Shown: one piece after another, positions 36,870-50,678 of the stretch
How the letters are laid out: each line of letters starts with the position of its first letter
Position numbering within the stretch: position 1 is the stretch's first letter
DNA from: Lama glama
Taxonomy: Eukaryota
Assembly: GCA_028534125.1 (NCBI GenBank)
Contig: CM052816.1
Location: 26,786,001 to 26,850,000 of the forward strand
Direction: 5' to 3'
DNA: 64,000 nt
Notes under the pieces: model-generated
The model's input: the letters and a program-made list of their open reading frames with translations, nothing else
Database searches by the model: none
Told to the model about the DNA's origin: nothing
Translations under genes and position numbers: made by a program

Positions 36870-39800
36870 ATATAAAGAGAAACTTTGTAACTGAAGTCTC
36901 TGACCAAATGGTATGCTTTCAGAGATAACAAGTACTACTGTAGCAAATATTTTACCAAAAGTAGCTAAAGGCCCAGTTGCTACACAAAGTTTTGGCAAGA
37001 ATTTATAGACAGTCAGGACATTAAGCGAGGGATTTGCTAAGAAAAAATAATAATATCTAATATCTGCACAATATTTTATGGCTTCCTAAGCAGTATCACA
37101 TATCTTGGGTCACTTTATTCTCACCTTTGAGGTAGATAAGATCAAGGGCATTTATGGGAAAATTAATTCTGAGATGTTAAATGACTACTTGTTAATAACA
37201 CCAAGCTCAGATCTCCGAGGTGGATAGTCTGCCTCTTGAGGTGGGTAAATTGAGCATCCAGGTCTTGCACTATTTCCCAGCTGCACTGTCTCCCTGAAAG
37301 GTGCTTGTGGTTCCCTCTTTAACAACCTTCTGCTTCTTCAAGGGTCAGTTGCTCTCCCTTCACTCTTTGTCTAGAAGGGGGCCCAGAGGCCCCCCCCTCA
37401 AGCTCTGGAGCTCAGCCAAGGCTGAATATATAAGCAAGACTCAACCAAGGAGGATGACAGAGGGAAATAAACATAGAGGGTCATGAGACTAGATAATGCG
37501 ACTCACAAATTACCAACAAAATAAGTGATTGCTCATCTCAGTCTTGGGGAAAATAAACCAAATGGAACCATGATGCTGTCATTTGCTGTCAGACTTACCC
37601 CGCTACTCAAACGAGACCCTTTTCAACCCTCTGATTACAATTCATTACAAGGTGAACATCAATAAGGCTAAAGAGAAAAACTGGAAATAGCCTTGTTCAG
37701 GACACTTTTTAATGGGAAAATGCAGTTTGAAAATTAACAAGCTTACTTTGTGTTTAATTTGTAAATCTTACTGTCATAAGAAGTGCTAAAAACTACTGCT
37801 AAAATTTCAAGCGTTTTCTAATTTTTCTTTTTACGCAGCCCACCATGTCTTCATTTTTAGAAGAAGAAAACAGCTGCTAGCTAGAGCAATTTTGTCTTGA
37901 GCACAATTCTGCAACCAGAAAATAAGTGAGCCAGTCAGCAAACAGGGCTCTTTTAAAACATGCCCCCGAATAACAAATAACACAGCGAGAAGCAGCTTCC
38001 CAACTGTGATAAGTTTTCTTGTTTTGTCTCACTGATATTTTCTTATGAGGCTTTTTGGGTCAGAGTAAACTCCTGAGGACTGATCTGACATTCCCTCTGA
38101 AACTAATTACATTAAACAGCAGGTGCCCACTTCAAGTCTGCGCAGGAGAATGCAAGATGTTCAGGGAGTTCGGTGCACTGGGGGTTAATGTTCTCATCTT
38201 TCAGGAGCTTCTTTAAGCTTAGATATCCCCAGCTCCACTCACAGTGTCATTTGGGCAGAGATAAAAGAAGGATCAATCTGATAAATTGAAAAAAAAAGAA
38301 AAGAAAAGATGCAATTTTTTTTCACTGTGCAGTAGCTGCTCTTAGAATACAATCTAAAATGTTCAAGTGCTTAAAAATAAGTGACTAATTATATTTTCAG
38401 GGAAAAACTACCTCTCAAGTTAAGACTGCGATGGATTGCTGCGATGAGAATGTCCACATGCCTGGGCGGGAACAGGCTGCAGAGAGAATGGTGATGCATC
38501 TGTATCTGTGTTTGAACTCTCTACCAGGAAACCCAGTTTTGATAGAATAGGCATTTCTTCACCAATGAATGCAGAGAGGGACACTCAGGAAAAACAAGGA
38601 TGCTGATGCTATCCCAGACCCATGGATCTCAATGGTTTTTCAGCGGCCTCCTGTTAATAACTTGATGAATTAATATGAATATTTAGCAAACCCAAAATGT
38701 ACACCTTTTCAAATATATCAACTTCGCTGTAAGTAAAAATAGAAGGAACACAATCATAGCTTTAAACTAATTGCTCATCACTTTGATGCTTGGGTTTGAA
38801 GGATCTTGAAATCTGAGCAAGCAGACATGCTAATGCTATAACCTAAGTTGTCTTGGCCTGAAAGTCTGCTCTCATCGGTGACTCGAATGGATTTGACTTT
38901 GAGATGAACAGAATAAGGAAAATGTTCACATTTTACACACATGGAATACAGTTGAGCCAAATATTCAACAATGCTGAAAAAATCACAGGTTCTAACTGCC
39001 TTAAGGCAGGCAAAGAACCAAACAGAAGAAAAACTATAAGATGCCCTTAAATTATGCAAAAGTCAACAAGCTATGCAAAATTTATATAACATTTAAGAGA
39101 AAAAAGAAAGGAGCAGAAGTTAAAGAGCAATCGAAATTCAACCTAAATTACTGCACTTGCAAGCGACAATGTCAGGAAGTTCACTTGAACCCCTTGTTAA
39201 GAACAGATATGAATTTCATTTACTTCTGTCTTTGGGACTAATTTAGCAATTATCCTTTTAAGTACAGAGAAGAAAATATTACGCGCTGAAAATAAAATCT
39301 TCCTCTATTCTGACTTCCTCAGTTTCTTAGTGAGACTGACAGGCAAGATTTGGAACTATTCAAATTTTTATTTGGAGAAGCAAGTCAGTAACTAGTGATA
39401 TCTTGTACCATTATTATTCATCACTGCTACTACTACTATTATTGAAATTGCTTTCAAAAAGAGTTAATAGTTTTCAAAGTGGAAATAGCTAATGAATACA
39501 TAAATACCTAATATATTATCCACTGTAGATAATACAAGAATTTCTCCTGTGCCCCAGCTTAACCTTTATTACTCTTCCTTTCAAATTTAATGCCAGCTTT
39601 TATTCTACTAAAATACTTGTTGAAAGCTGAGTAAATTCTCTGAACCATTCATATAACAACAAATTGATCTCGTTTTACTGTTCATGTATTATTGTACACA
39701 TTACACACACACTACTTTGTAGTTATTTGTTTAGATATGGAATGGCCAAACTGAATTCCTCAAAAGCAAAGATTATGTATGAATAATTTGCTCTGTGCCA

Positions 39801-40679
39801 GGCACCTCCCACAGTAGATGCTTAATAAATATTCATTGAACACTGACATCTTTTTCTCAGTTATTGACAGTATGCTTCATCTTCTGATAATGACAAAATG
39901 TACTGCATGAGAAATGCTTTGGTTATCAGTTATCATTTCAGATGCCCCACAGGTAGTCTTTTTTTCCGGTAGCAAAAAAATTAAGTTGTCTATAATTGTA
40001 AATTTTTTATACTATATAAAGCTGTTTAATTTGCTGCAAAATGCTATATGTTACATGCTAAATGGAATAGGATCAAACACGTGCTAAAAGAACTGTTCAA
40101 AACAAAGGAAAATTCAATCTTCAGCAGGTGAACAAGTGGCAGTGGGACATGACAGAACATCTCCTTCAGGTCAATTCCACACACACACAGAGCACTGGAG
40201 GTCCCTGAAACACAGCAGGTGCTCGACAAAGTATATCCTCCCTCTCTTTCCCAGTTGCACTCACTACTATGGGGGAGTCAGGGATGCTATTAATGCAGAA
40301 TAGGTTTCTATTACCCACCAGCCACTCTTCCCTGAAAAACAAATGTGTGCGCCAAAGGAAATGAGTCAGGCACAAAGAGAATGAGTTAAATTACTGTCTC
40401 CCTGCCTTTCCTTTTCCCCATTTCCTACCTTCTATTTTGAACTCTTGACTCTCTGGGGGTGCACGTTCCAAAAGCCACATTTTAAGGTATAGCTATCAAC
40501 TTTCAAGGTGGTCTTCACTGCAAGGATGAGTCACCTTCCAAACTTGAAGCTGACTAATGAGGAGAGATTCAAAGACTAGTGAACAAGAAAAGAGAGAAGC
40601 CACCAATTAATAACATGTATTTGCCTTTTCAAGTTTATAATAGAAATTCCTCAAAATGTGCATCCAAAAAAAGTAGATT

Positions 40680-40835
40680 GTGTGGGCATGAGGGAAATTT
40701 TGGGGGTGACAGAACTGTTCTAAAACTGGGTTGTACTGATGGTCACACAACTCAATAAATTGACTAAAAATGACTGTGCTTACATTATGTATATTTCATG
40801 GTATGTAGTTTATACCTCAGTAAAGCTATTAAAAA
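40680..40835 (+). mobile_element. Old L1M 3' end fragment
   Basis: gggcatgagggaaattttgggggtgacagaactgttctaaaactgg...tatacctcagtaaagctattaaaaa. Confidence 0.8.
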
Positions 40836-43800
40836 TGTATCTTTTCTGTCTTTTTCACTCTCCTATAGTTGACCAAGAGGGTAATGATCAGTTGATTTGG
40901 CTAACTAAATATTGTAAGATGCTGACCAAGGTTTTCCCTGGGTCAGCAAAAAGATTGTTAAATAAGGCTGATACTTGGTGTCAGATAATGCCAAGAAAGC
41001 AGGGTAGGGGAGTGGAGGTAGAGGTGCTGAATTTTTGTTATTCTAATGAAAAATTAGACATATCACTTTTTATATACACAATTGTATGTCAGGTACAAAT
41101 CGTAATTATCTGTTAGAAACATACTAATTGTCCTGACTCTCTTGTCCCAGACTCTCCTGCTCCTCTACGCATAGCAAGCAGGGAGCACACTTCTTTTTGA
41201 GTGCGACAACTAGTCTTCTCTCCGCATCTAGGAAATGAGAGCATGTATATCCCGGAAGAAGCCCAGAGTAGGTGTTCTCTACATCATCATACCAGACATT
41301 GGGAGAGACAGGGAGTGAGTGAAGCAGACATGGCCAATAAGACACCCACTCAACAGGCCAGCATTACAGGTCTGCCTCTTTCCCCTTAAAGCACTTCCAC
41401 TCTTCAAGCTGCTCTTGTGGGAAAGGTTTGAGAAATTAGTTAGGTTTTTCTGGTACTATCAGAAAAGAAGAGAAAGAAATGTGAAGGACAACTGCTTTTT
41501 GTTACAGATTAAATTAGACTCACCTGCCCCAACCTTTTTCGCCAGGGCAGGGGTGGAGGCAGGAAGAGACAGAGCTGACATTTACTTGGGACTCATTTGG
41601 ATCGGACCAAGTCAAGTGAACTTGCCTCTCTTCCCGCCAACAAGGAACAGAGCTTATAATACAACATTTCCACTGTAAAGAATAACAGCCATGAAAATGC
41701 TTTTAGGACAATCATTTGTAATAACAGTTTATTGATGAGAAAGAGCCCAGTGAAGGAGAACTGCAAAGTTCTATTACGGGCAAGCAGCTTCATTATAAAT
41801 TTTTGTTAAGAATATTTTACTTATATTTAAAATGATAAATTGCAAAAAAAAAATTAAGTTATTTAGCTAAGCTTGACTAACATGTATTACTGCATAACCA
41901 GTACATGTTTTATCATGTAAATATTTTTACTATTTGTTCACATCGTGGCAAGTGGCTTTCAGTAGTTCATAGGTTCTAGAATGGGAAGAAAAAAAGCCAC
42001 AATTTTAGCAAAGCTAGTCCTTAACAACTAAACTTGTTTTCTAATTCTAACAAAGACATTTTCTGTCTGAAAAAGTCCTACTTCACTTTTTTGGTTAAAA
42101 TAAACACGTTAATTAAAAAAAAAAAAGCCACGACTGGTAGGTTAGCCTACCCTTCATTTTTGAGATATAAAGTCATTGTTGGACACAGCTTCAAGGAAAA
42201 TATTTATAAATTCAACATCTGTAACTACCTATTATGGAAAGACATTTTAAAACCAAATGTGATTGCTGACAAAGGATATGGGAAGACTGTTGTATGAATG
42301 GAGATCACACAACTTGTAAGTAAGAAGGAGGCTGTCAGCACAACTTCTGTGGACATCACATGATACATGTGAAGATTACATAATTTTACTCCAAAGGTAG
42401 GAGGAAACATTTTATTTCGTTTTCTTTAAATAGAACACACTTAAAATTAGTATTCTGTGATTATTACTCCATTTGTTATTCACTGGAGACATCTGCATAA
42501 GTGATGACCCACAAATGTTCTTTCTTTCAAAGCATCAGCACACATCTGATTACATTAATCCAAGTTTCCATTTTAGTAGATATTCACGGTTTCCAGATAA
42601 GACTTTTTTTTTTTTAACTTAGGACTTTAGGGAGGGTTAGTCAGTCCTTGCTGGCTTCCATTCAGGGGCCCCAGATCTACACCCCTTCTCACAATGCGGT
42701 GGGCATGCAGGGTTGCAGGCTGCTCCTTAACTATGGAAGCAAATCAATAGCAGCTGAATGCCATCTGCTTCGGGCCGCAGAACAGAACCAAAGTGTAAGC
42801 CATGCATCTTCCCTTATTGAAAGGTTATTTTATGCAAGTAAACAATTCATCGTCTTCTTGCACGCTTGATGCTCATTTACCACTTTGATCAATAAAATAT
42901 GCAAAACAACAAAAAAATTGAATCCTAAGAGTGGTTCTGATGCCAGCGTGATAGTTAATCAATATCCAGCCTCTGTTCACCAGGGCAAGCAGTGGGGGGA
43001 CTCCTGTTGTGACCTGCGAAATCCAGAGAGGTTGACGGGCTTGTTCAGAAAAGACTGTTTTTAGAAGGGAGATACATTACGCTCACCCTATAGATTAAAA
43101 AGGAGAACTCACTCTCATTGAATGAAATCAAAACACTAACATCAACAGGCTTGAATGTTACTGATTCAAGCCAGTACTTCTCAAAGCTTAAGAAAAAGTA
43201 ATTTTGGTTTATACGCCTTTTAGAATCTCAAAGACAAATATTGGATGAGATCACTGACACGGACCTTTGGACAGCAAACCTTTCGGCTCTTTCTAAGCTC
43301 TGTTTTATTAAGTCTTGGTTTTCAATGTATTCATGTTTCAGGTGAACTCAGTTTTTCTCCTAAAAACAAACTGCCGTGGGAATTTCTTGTGCACAGTGTT
43401 TCTTTTAGTCATACCACAAGCTGCCTTATTACAGTAAACCTCTTGACAATTGATTCAGGCAGAATACTTCTCTCCCAACAAAGAAAACTATATCATGTCA
43501 CAGATGCTACTGTATAAAAGCCCTCAATTCAAGACTGTTTCCTAGCAAAATACAAAGCACCAAAAAAACCCTGGATTTTCCCCCCCCATATGACCAGCTC
43601 TCTCCAGCTGAACTATGAATTTAAGCATAGCACAGCAATAAAAGATAAATTAGGTATCTTTCAGAAAGTCTAAAAAATAGTTTAACAGAAAGAAAAATAT
43701 TGCCATGTGAAGTAAGAATTGCCCCTGAGAAGATGTTTTCTTTCTTTCAGATTTTCTGTATACGATAAAAGTGACAAGAGTTACCTATTAATCAAATAGT

Positions 43801-46749
43801 CTAGTTTTCTAGATAACTATTACAACATAGTTTAAAAACCTAAGTTTTTTATTCCTTACCCTGATCTACTAAATTCATCACACTCACACACACCTCTGAT
43901 CATTTGATATAACTGCTGTTATCCAATAAACATATTTTGTCCTATTTTTTCATATGTATACCTAAGTGCACTGTTAAAGATCTAAATGATATATGGGGGA
44001 AATGAGTAATGCTGTTTACTAAGTAGAAAGAAGGAAAATACACTTTAAAAGTCTTAATGGGATATCTTTAGTATGAAGGCAAAAAAATTATGAAAAACCC
44101 TACCAAATTTCTATCAGTACATGCCTGAAGTCATTTCACATAAAAAACTGTTACTATAGATACTTTTCTTTACAAAGTGTTTAGCTGAGGGTAAAATTTC
44201 CCCAAAGTTCTCCATTATAAAACCAGCCAAATTACATAGAATTGACTGTGGGAAGTGATTTCTTTGTGATATTCCTCACCTTCATATAATAGAACCCTCT
44301 ATTTCTAACTATTATTTTAAGATCATCATTCTAGAACTGTACTTGATTCACCTACTCAGATTTTAAAAAGCACGACATATACGCAAGAATTTAAATATGT
44401 ATTTATGTCAAATAACTGTGATGAAATTAATAACAACAGCATGACCACAGAAGAGCAGTAGCTTTGAGTCAATGACCCAACTAGTGGCAGGGGTATAATT
44501 TAAAGGCAGAAATTTCCAGTGCATGCACCGTTAGCCACAGTGAACCTGTTACTGCTCTAAAGGGAATTGTTTGCCTCTTATTAGATTTTCTACAGCACAG
44601 CCATAAGTGATAAATGCACTGCTGTACTCACTGTCAAGTTAATCAATGCTGCCAAAGTTTTGTTGACTTAACAGTAATCCATAAAATAAGCAGCATTTTC
44701 TCCAGCCCTATGACATCTCAGTCCACAGAAGGGCTATGAATCCAAAAGTAGCTTCACACCAGAAAGAAATGGGGTGGGGGGATTGGAGCAAAAGAGGGTT
44801 GATAGGATAGATGGCTTGGGTGATGCTCAAAATGAGCAGGTATTATGAATCCCCAGTTCTGATTTTTAAAAAAAAGCATTTAAGATCACAACCATACACA
44901 CACACAACAAAACTCAATTTTGTTGTTTAAAATCCTAACAGATGAATAACTCTCCTGATGAAAGGTGATTCCATCCACAGCCCGCCTCTCTCACCTCAAA
45001 GTGAAACAAATAAATAATAAAACACCCAAACCCTCACAAATCGCAAAGCCAACTAGCCATTTCCAGCGCATGGTCTTAGCCTGTCTACAGTTCAATGCAC
45101 TGATCAAATCCGGTACAGGGCACCAGCAATCAGAATGGTAATGTGGACAAGGGAAAAAGCCCCAGATTTTGCTTCACTGTAAATCCAAGCACGTGAAAAA
45201 CATGACCATTAGAACCGAGAAAAGAAAGGAAACAACAGGAGAGGAACAGCTGCCGGGCAAACAAACCGCTGCCATGCTTTCACAAGCAATTACAGACATA
45301 TGAAATATGAATTGCAATTGATTTTTCTTCCTGGGGTCACTCTGCTCCGTGTTTTACGCACTCCAGGCATTTATTTGGGCAGCAAACTGACAAGTTTTGT
45401 AGAATGACCTGAGCGGTGTAATCTTTCCTCAGTCATGGCTACTTCACTGTGGCTTCTCAGCCTTGACACTTGTCCCTCCCAAAAACTTACTGGCAAGGGA
45501 TTCCTGGATAAAGACATGGAACAATGCAATTACCAGTGTAAAGGGCTGGCGAAACCTGACCAGGGGATGCTTAGCAACCTTTCATGTGCCAATGAAAAAT
45601 AAATAGCATCAATCTGGAAGAGGGACTGTCATCCTTACACTTCTACAGCAAATTTTCTCATTTGGCTGGTGATACTACAGCAGGATTACTAAACGTATGT
45701 GATTTGTCTTGCCAATAAGAAAAATAACAATAAAAAGTTGTGGTTATGAGAATACTCCAGATTTCTTATACTTAAAAAAAGGCTTTTAAAATCTTCAATC
45801 ATAAAAAGGTAAGATCTTCCATTTGTTTTTTATAACTCTGACTAGAAGATTTCCCTGTATTTTGGTCTCTACAGAGCTCTAAACTATGAATGCTACAGAT
45901 GATAAGACAAAGCATTACTTAAAAAAATGTTTTTTTGTCTCTAGAGGACCTTCCTCCCTCCCTTCCTCCCCTCCTTTCTTCTACTGTATGGATATTCCAA
46001 TACATTTTCTCCTCTTACTGGGAATACTACAATGAAATAAATGCCTTACACACAGCATAGCCCAATTATGTAAGAATAACTGTTGTATAAATCCATAGAA
46101 AGGAAACTGCCAAATTGCTTTCCTAAAGGGTTGCCACAATTGGCAGATGCCTTGAAGGCAGGTAAGAATGTTTATTCCTTACCAAAAATGAGGATATTTT
46201 TTGCAGATCTTAATCTTTGCAGATCTAAGTAAATATATTACCTCATTTTAATTTATTATTCTCTGATTAATAATGAAGTATTTTTCTCTAGTCTACTGAT
46301 TATTTGTAATTACTTTTTAATGAATGAATTCTCTCCATTTTCCTATTTGTTTGCCTCCAAGTGACTTACAAAAGCTCTTTGCATATCATGGGAATTAGAC
46401 CTTTGCCATATGTATTGTACACTTTTTAAAATCTATTTGTTTCATGATTTGAATTTGTGGTGACTTTTTTGCTGAACAGAATTTTAAAATTTTATGCGGC
46501 CAAATTTTAAATGTTGTACATACCAGATAATACAAAAAAAGGTCAGAGTATGTCATGCAAGGAAATAATGCATAATCAATGTAGATATTCTTTACATTTG
46601 AATCTAGTATTATATTCCAAACTATCAGAGAGGAACAAGAATAACAAAAGAAAGGATCAGAATAATATCAAATATCATTAGAACCAAACTATCTATCTGG
46701 TGTTCTTGAAATAGCAGTCAGGGTGGGCTGAGCTCAAGTTAGGAGATGC

Positions 46750-46776
46750 TGTGTGTGTGTGTGTGTGTGTGTGTGT
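46750..46776 (+). repeat. (TG)n microsatellite
   Basis: About 13 TG units. Confidence 0.9.
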
Positions 46777-48289
46777 GGATGGGGTGCAGGTGGGTGGCAC
46801 GCAGGACTGGTAACCAGGAGTGGAGAAATGAGATTAGTGCCCTAAGAGCTATAACAGAGGTAGAATGAGATGGGATAACGGTCAGCTGAAGTGCATAAGG
46901 GTTTGAGACTATTACATCTGGGTGTGGAGAATTTGAGTAAGGTCGAATAAAAGTGGGGGTATCGGAAATGAGCCTTTTGGGATGTGTTGGTAAACAGAGG
47001 TGAGGAAAGGGGAGGTACCAGCTGTGGGGTATGACAAACACAGGAGCCAAGACAAGGGACAGTCAGTAGGCTAGTGTGGCCGGCACTTAAGATCCATGTA
47101 GAATAAGGCTGGAATTCTAAACAGATAGCCTAAGAGCATCACAATGTCCTAGCTGACCAGGAGCCATGAAACAATCTCTTGGTAGGTGGGTATCATGGTC
47201 AGAGATGCAGTTGAGAAGGAGTATCTACCCAAAAATTACAAAGAGTAGCCAGAGCTGCTGAGGGAACTACCATGGAGTAGCAGTAGTTTCTTTTTTAGGA
47301 TCTACTAGAAAAGCAACAAAGCACTAAACAATGAAAACGGCAGTGGGGGTGACAAAGCAGGAAAGTCCTCCTTTGACTTAATCACGAACAGCTTCCAGGG
47401 CACAGTCATCGCACTATTTTTAGGAAAAGAGTGGATTTTATAAAGGAACCTCAGAATGGCCCAGGATGGCCCAGTTTTTTCCAAAACAGTATGAGAGGCT
47501 CTGTGGAGAAAGTCTCCAACAGCAGGATGACGAGGCAAACAACAGCAATACCCGAAGTGGGCCCAAGAAGCGCCCTAGGTGTGGTGCTGCTGAAGCCGGT
47601 CATGTGTGTGGAACGTAAGTCATCCAGCTTTAGTCTCCTATCGTGAACAGTTTAAAATGGTAACAGAGACAGATGAGCAGAGTTCCAACATCACATCCTC
47701 TGCTCGGATGGGGTCACCCTACCTTGCTGCACAGATGGATGAGGGAGAAGGAGCAGCAAATTCAAATTACTTACATATCTGCAGCATAAAAGGCACTCCG
47801 GGACAAGAGCCAATGCCATCTTCTTGAGTCACCACAAGGGTAGGGGGACAGAGGAAACAGGATAAAAGTCACAATTCCCACCAAGGGAACAAGCATCCCC
47901 TGTGGAAAAACTTATTCTGTGAACCAGGACAAGAAAACGCAGAGGAGGCAAAGCCATGGAATGCTTTAAAAAGTTGCGTTCTTCAGACCTTCACTCCACT
48001 GCCACAACTAGAGTTCCCTCTATATTCAGTGGTGTGGACGTGAGGCTCCTCATCCAGCCTGAAAATTGTCCACCACTTCTACTCCACTAGGAAGATGGGA
48101 GTTTGCCAAATTCTGAATTGGGGAAGGCCTTCAAAAAAATTTTTTTTTTTTTTTTAGAAATAAAGCACTTCATCTAATAAATTACAAAGAAGTACCACAG
48201 GAAGAATATCTCAAAAAAGAGTTTTAAATGTATTTTACTCACTTGAAACACATTGGCATGTATGGAACAGGGGAGTTCCAGGGTCTTTG

Positions 48290-48880
48290 AGGAATGTCTC
48301 CCACACATTTTTCAGGATAAACCTCTCAAATAAAAAAGGGTTGAGCCCTCACCCTAATATATATTTATTATACATGACATTAAAGTACTACTGCATTAAT
48401 TACATACTATTTAAAATGTACACAAAAGGAAATTTAAAAGTAATATAAAAATGAACTAATATTTAAAGCAAATTTCATTTTGTGGTATTTAATGATACAA
48501 AGAATGTTTCTGTTCTTATTAAAAATTCCAGATGATGACATTTCAGCATGAGAGTAATGTGACTGAACATGCTCTCTGAGGCTGAAACATAGTGACTGCT
48601 CTTCACTGTATGTAAGAGTGACTGAAAATTCTGTTATTTCATAATATTTGGTTTTAATGACTGCTTTTGTAAAAAGTAGTATCTCACAAAGACAAATAAA
48701 TCCAACAGCTGGACTTAGTGAATCACAACACTAATTTTTCCAATTCCATCCTCCAATAACACAAAGACTTTTTAATGAGATTCGGCCAGGAAATTCCCTT
48801 CCTTCTTGATGTCACACAGTTGTTCTTGTAGAACAACTGGAAAATGTGGTGTTTATGAAAACTCTGGGTCCAAGACCCAC
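48290..48880 (-). mobile_element. hAT-Charlie transposon fossil with decayed transposase C-terminus
   Basis: Minus-strand translation gives LQEQLCDIKKEGNFLAE (~48780-48831) and CEILLFTKAVIKTKY (~48645-48690), resembling the hAT C-terminal dimerisation region of Charlie transposases; stops and frameshifts present. Confidence 0.7.
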
Positions 48881-50169
48881 TGAAGCTCTTCTTGTGAAAG
48901 ATTTTTGAACAGGCTAGAAAATTCTGTTTCCAAGTTATAAGGGAGGTGGAGAGAAGTTTAGGTTATACACATTAATTCTGGCAACAAAATCCCATAATTA
49001 TAGAAAAATTTTCAAGCATCCAGTTTTATAATGTTCTCTCCCAGGCTCATGTCCTTTCAAAAGCCACTTTCCTACCTGCTTGGGCCTTTGGTCTGAAGGG
49101 CCGGGTTAAGCGAGGGCTGCAGAACTCGCAGGAATGGGGGCAGCCATCCTCCCGCTGCCCACCATGCACCTGGGCTAGCGTCTTCTAGTTATGTCTTCCA
49201 CCTGTGGTTTCTTTCCAGGGATCCTAATAAGCTATGTGTGCCTTCTGTGAGAGGTGGCTGAAAGTAGGTAATATAGCCCCCAAATCCACCTAATCAGGTA
49301 CTGCAAACTGCAAAAGACTGGAATGAACAAGCAAGTGAGGGCACTGGAGTCAGGAGCCTGGTTGTGGACCCCAGGCTGCCTAATGTTTGGACTTGGGAGA
49401 GGACCAGGATCAGACTGTACGGCAATATTAACAAGCCTTAATTCACTCCTCTATCAGATAAAAAAAAATCAATATAATTGCAAGCTGCATGACCACTTTC
49501 TGCACCCCAGGGGGTCACTAGGTACCCTTCACCTTGGAGACCTGCCAGGGAGACCTGCTAGTGCTCCTCTCAGGACAAGGTTCCCATACCGGCACTCTTC
49601 AAATCTCTCTCTTAACCAGCAGGTTCTTTAAAAAGTTCAAACTGATTTGCCTGCTGGTTGCTACTACTTCGTCTATGGAGGAAGATGGAGGTACTTTACA
49701 GACAGGCTTACACATGTCATTCTATACAAAATGGTCCAAATCTAAGCAGACTGACTTCAAATACCACATGATGCAGTTGAGCAAGGATGGTGGTGAGGAC
49801 TGGGAAATAAGCCACGTAAAGTGGGATGCAGAGTGTCTGACCCAGAATAGGTCTGGAAAAAAATGTTTATTTTATGAATTAATGATTAAGTGAGTAAATG
49901 GATAAAAGATTCCACCAGCACTTCCAAGGGACAACATTCTGCCTCATTTTCAACATTTCTGCCTCGTATGGCCTCCAAGAGCATTTTAATTAGTCACAGA
50001 TTTAGCTGAGTTGGTTAGATGGTTCCTGAAAGAATATTTTCTAATTTTCCTGGCTAAATAATTAAGATTAGGCATTAATCCCTGTGGCTCCTTGGAGTCC
50101 TAGGAATATTCTGGGATTTCAGAAGAATGAGGACAAAACAAACACGTCATATATGATCTGGATCTGAGG

Positions 50170-50410
50170 AAAAAAGTGTTCACTTCTCTTTATTGGATGC
50201 TTATTCTGCTCAGGAACTGGATAATGTTTCAGGTATACTAGCTCATGTAACCCTCATTAATGACTCTATGAATTATATCTTTTTATCCCCTTTTACAGAA
50301 AAGGTGACTAGTGCTCAGAAAGGTTAATGAACTCCCCTAGCTTGTACAGCAGTGAACAGAGGTTCAGGACTCTGAACCCACATCTGATGCCAGGCCACGC
50401 TCTTTCCACT
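50170..50410 (-). mobile_element. MIR SINE
   Basis: ttatcccctttttacaga...gctcagaaaggttaatgaact...tgaacccacatctgatgcca...gctctttccact. Confidence 0.75.
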
Positions 50411-50462
50411 CCAGCCCTCTGCTGTTGCCCGTCCACCCCAATCTGCCACTGGCTTTGAAGTC

Positions 50463-50678
50463 CAGGGCTCAGCTATAGCTCGAGGGCCAAATCTGGCCTG
50501 CTGCCTGCTTTGGTAAATAAAGTTTTACTGGAACACAACCCCCTCCTTGGTTTATATATCATCTACAGCAGCTTTCACACTACAGTGGCAGAGGTGAGAG
50601 GTGTGACAGACCATACAGCCCTCCTTGCTAAAAATATTTACTAGCTGATCTCTTACAGAAAAATTCTGCCTACTCCTG
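50463..50678. mobile_element. MER58A-type hAT-Charlie MITE
   Basis: gggccaaatctggcctgctgcctgctttggtaaataaagttttactggaacaca...ctaaaatatttact...ttacagaaaaa. Confidence 0.88.
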
